64,000 bases of DNA from Rhodosorus marinus CCMP1338 (lineage: Eukaryota > Plantae > Rhodophyta). The stretch is taken from assembly GCA_029953675.1 (NCBI GenBank), contig JAMWBK010000008.1, positions 1,488,001 through 1,552,000 of the forward strand. Reading direction: 5' to 3'. The notes under the pieces are model-generated. The model was not told the DNA's origin, ran no database searches, and saw only the letters and a list, made by a program, of their open reading frames with translations. Positions within the stretch are counted from its first letter, which is position 1, and the number at the start of each line of letters is the position of its first letter. This document shows, piece after piece, positions 63,139 through 64,000 of this stretch. Position numbers and translations under genes: made by a program.

Positions 63139-63400
63139 TCACTTCAAATCTGGCTCTTTGTCCGTATAGCAACGACGAGGAGGTTCGCCGCATCTGGTTA
63201 TGTCACCATGGAGATGGAATCTGTTTGAGCTTGCTCGAGTCTTATCCTTTCTGATAAGGTACTGAATGCTAATCCGCATGATATCCTCCTTCGTCTTCGG
63301 ATCATTCGGGTTGAACAGGGTGTCCGAGGATGGCGTTGGCGACATTCCGTTGACCAGCGCAAAGTTCAACGCCTCCCGGTTCATCGGTTCCACCGTGAAA
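63139..63400 (-). pseudogene. Truncated duplicate of the LisH-encoding 5' end of the adjacent WD40 gene
   Basis: REALNFAL...LFNPNDPKTKEDIMRISIQYL vs REALNVAL...LFDPNDPKIKEDIIRIIIQYL; similarity ends after QYL. Confidence 0.85.
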
Positions 63401-64000
63401 AGCGTCGACCGGACTAATAGAGCGGCGTCATGTCCTTGAAGATATAAAAGTCTTTAGCAATGTTATTAGGCAGCCTTGAGAACTCTCGGGGAGGTCAGGT
63501 TCATGCAACCACGATGCGATGGAAAACTCAACTCTACTGGATTCCTCAAGGTGCTGGATCTGATGAATTGAGGATCAGTCGACTATTGCCCGATTGCTGA
63601 GCTTGTGTCCGCGCTTCAGCACTCGGTCGCTTAGCAGTGGTAGCGTGACAAGAGCATCGCGGTCGATCTTGTCACGAATGGGATCCGTTCTTGAAGCCAG
63701 AGCCTAGTTGTTACGGAAACCTGTTTTTTTTTTGTCTTTGAAATGTGCTCTGTCGATAGGTTTTGAACATAGCCAGTAGAAGACGCTGAGTTCGTCGGGA
63801 AGGAAGGATCCTCACTCGCCACTGCACGTCCTGCTCAGTAGATCCTGCATTCGTCTCAGCTTTCGACATCTCCAAGGCCGTGTGAGACTCGTTTGAACGA
63901 AGACAACGCACAGGATCTTTAGGCTAGCTGGGGGGACTCCACTGAACGGGCTCAGCAAGCATCCAGACGCAAAGTCAATTGGACTTCTTCGTGTTGCCAC

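Overview
Gene-dense eukaryotic nuclear DNA with short (about 55-120 nt) GT-AG introns carrying CTRAC/CTRAT branch sites. Plastid-type transit peptides with an N-proximal 'FV' point to a compact-genome red alga (inference; species not determinable). Recognisable genes: GH2 beta-galactosidase (5'-truncated), SHMT, PHO80/U-type cyclin, NMD3, NUP93, RFT1, syntaxin-5, a LisH-CTLH-WD40 protein, tRNA-Arg(UCU), two BAR-like paralogues and several unknown proteins. There are also decayed local gene duplicates and tandem repeats. Strongest unexpected signals: (1) two adjacent Ty3/Gypsy insertions (37178-39334, 39380-40740), each with a 4/5-matching target-site duplication; three of the four LTRs are reduced to 10-25 bp tips, and each element carries an inverted RT/RNase H-linker segment fused to its 3' tip, one forming a 312-bp apparently perfect inverted repeat; (2) a 103-codon ORF whose stop overlaps the RFT1 start (ATGA), suggesting a bicistronic mRNA; (3) a 49-aa membrane micropeptide missed by the ORF track; (4) a strong G/T-rich, C-poor sense-strand skew at gene 5' ends; (5) a Cro/C1-type HTH at the end of a large Q/G-rich protein. 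Exon boundaries were read by eye, and homopolymer frameshifts could be assembly errors.
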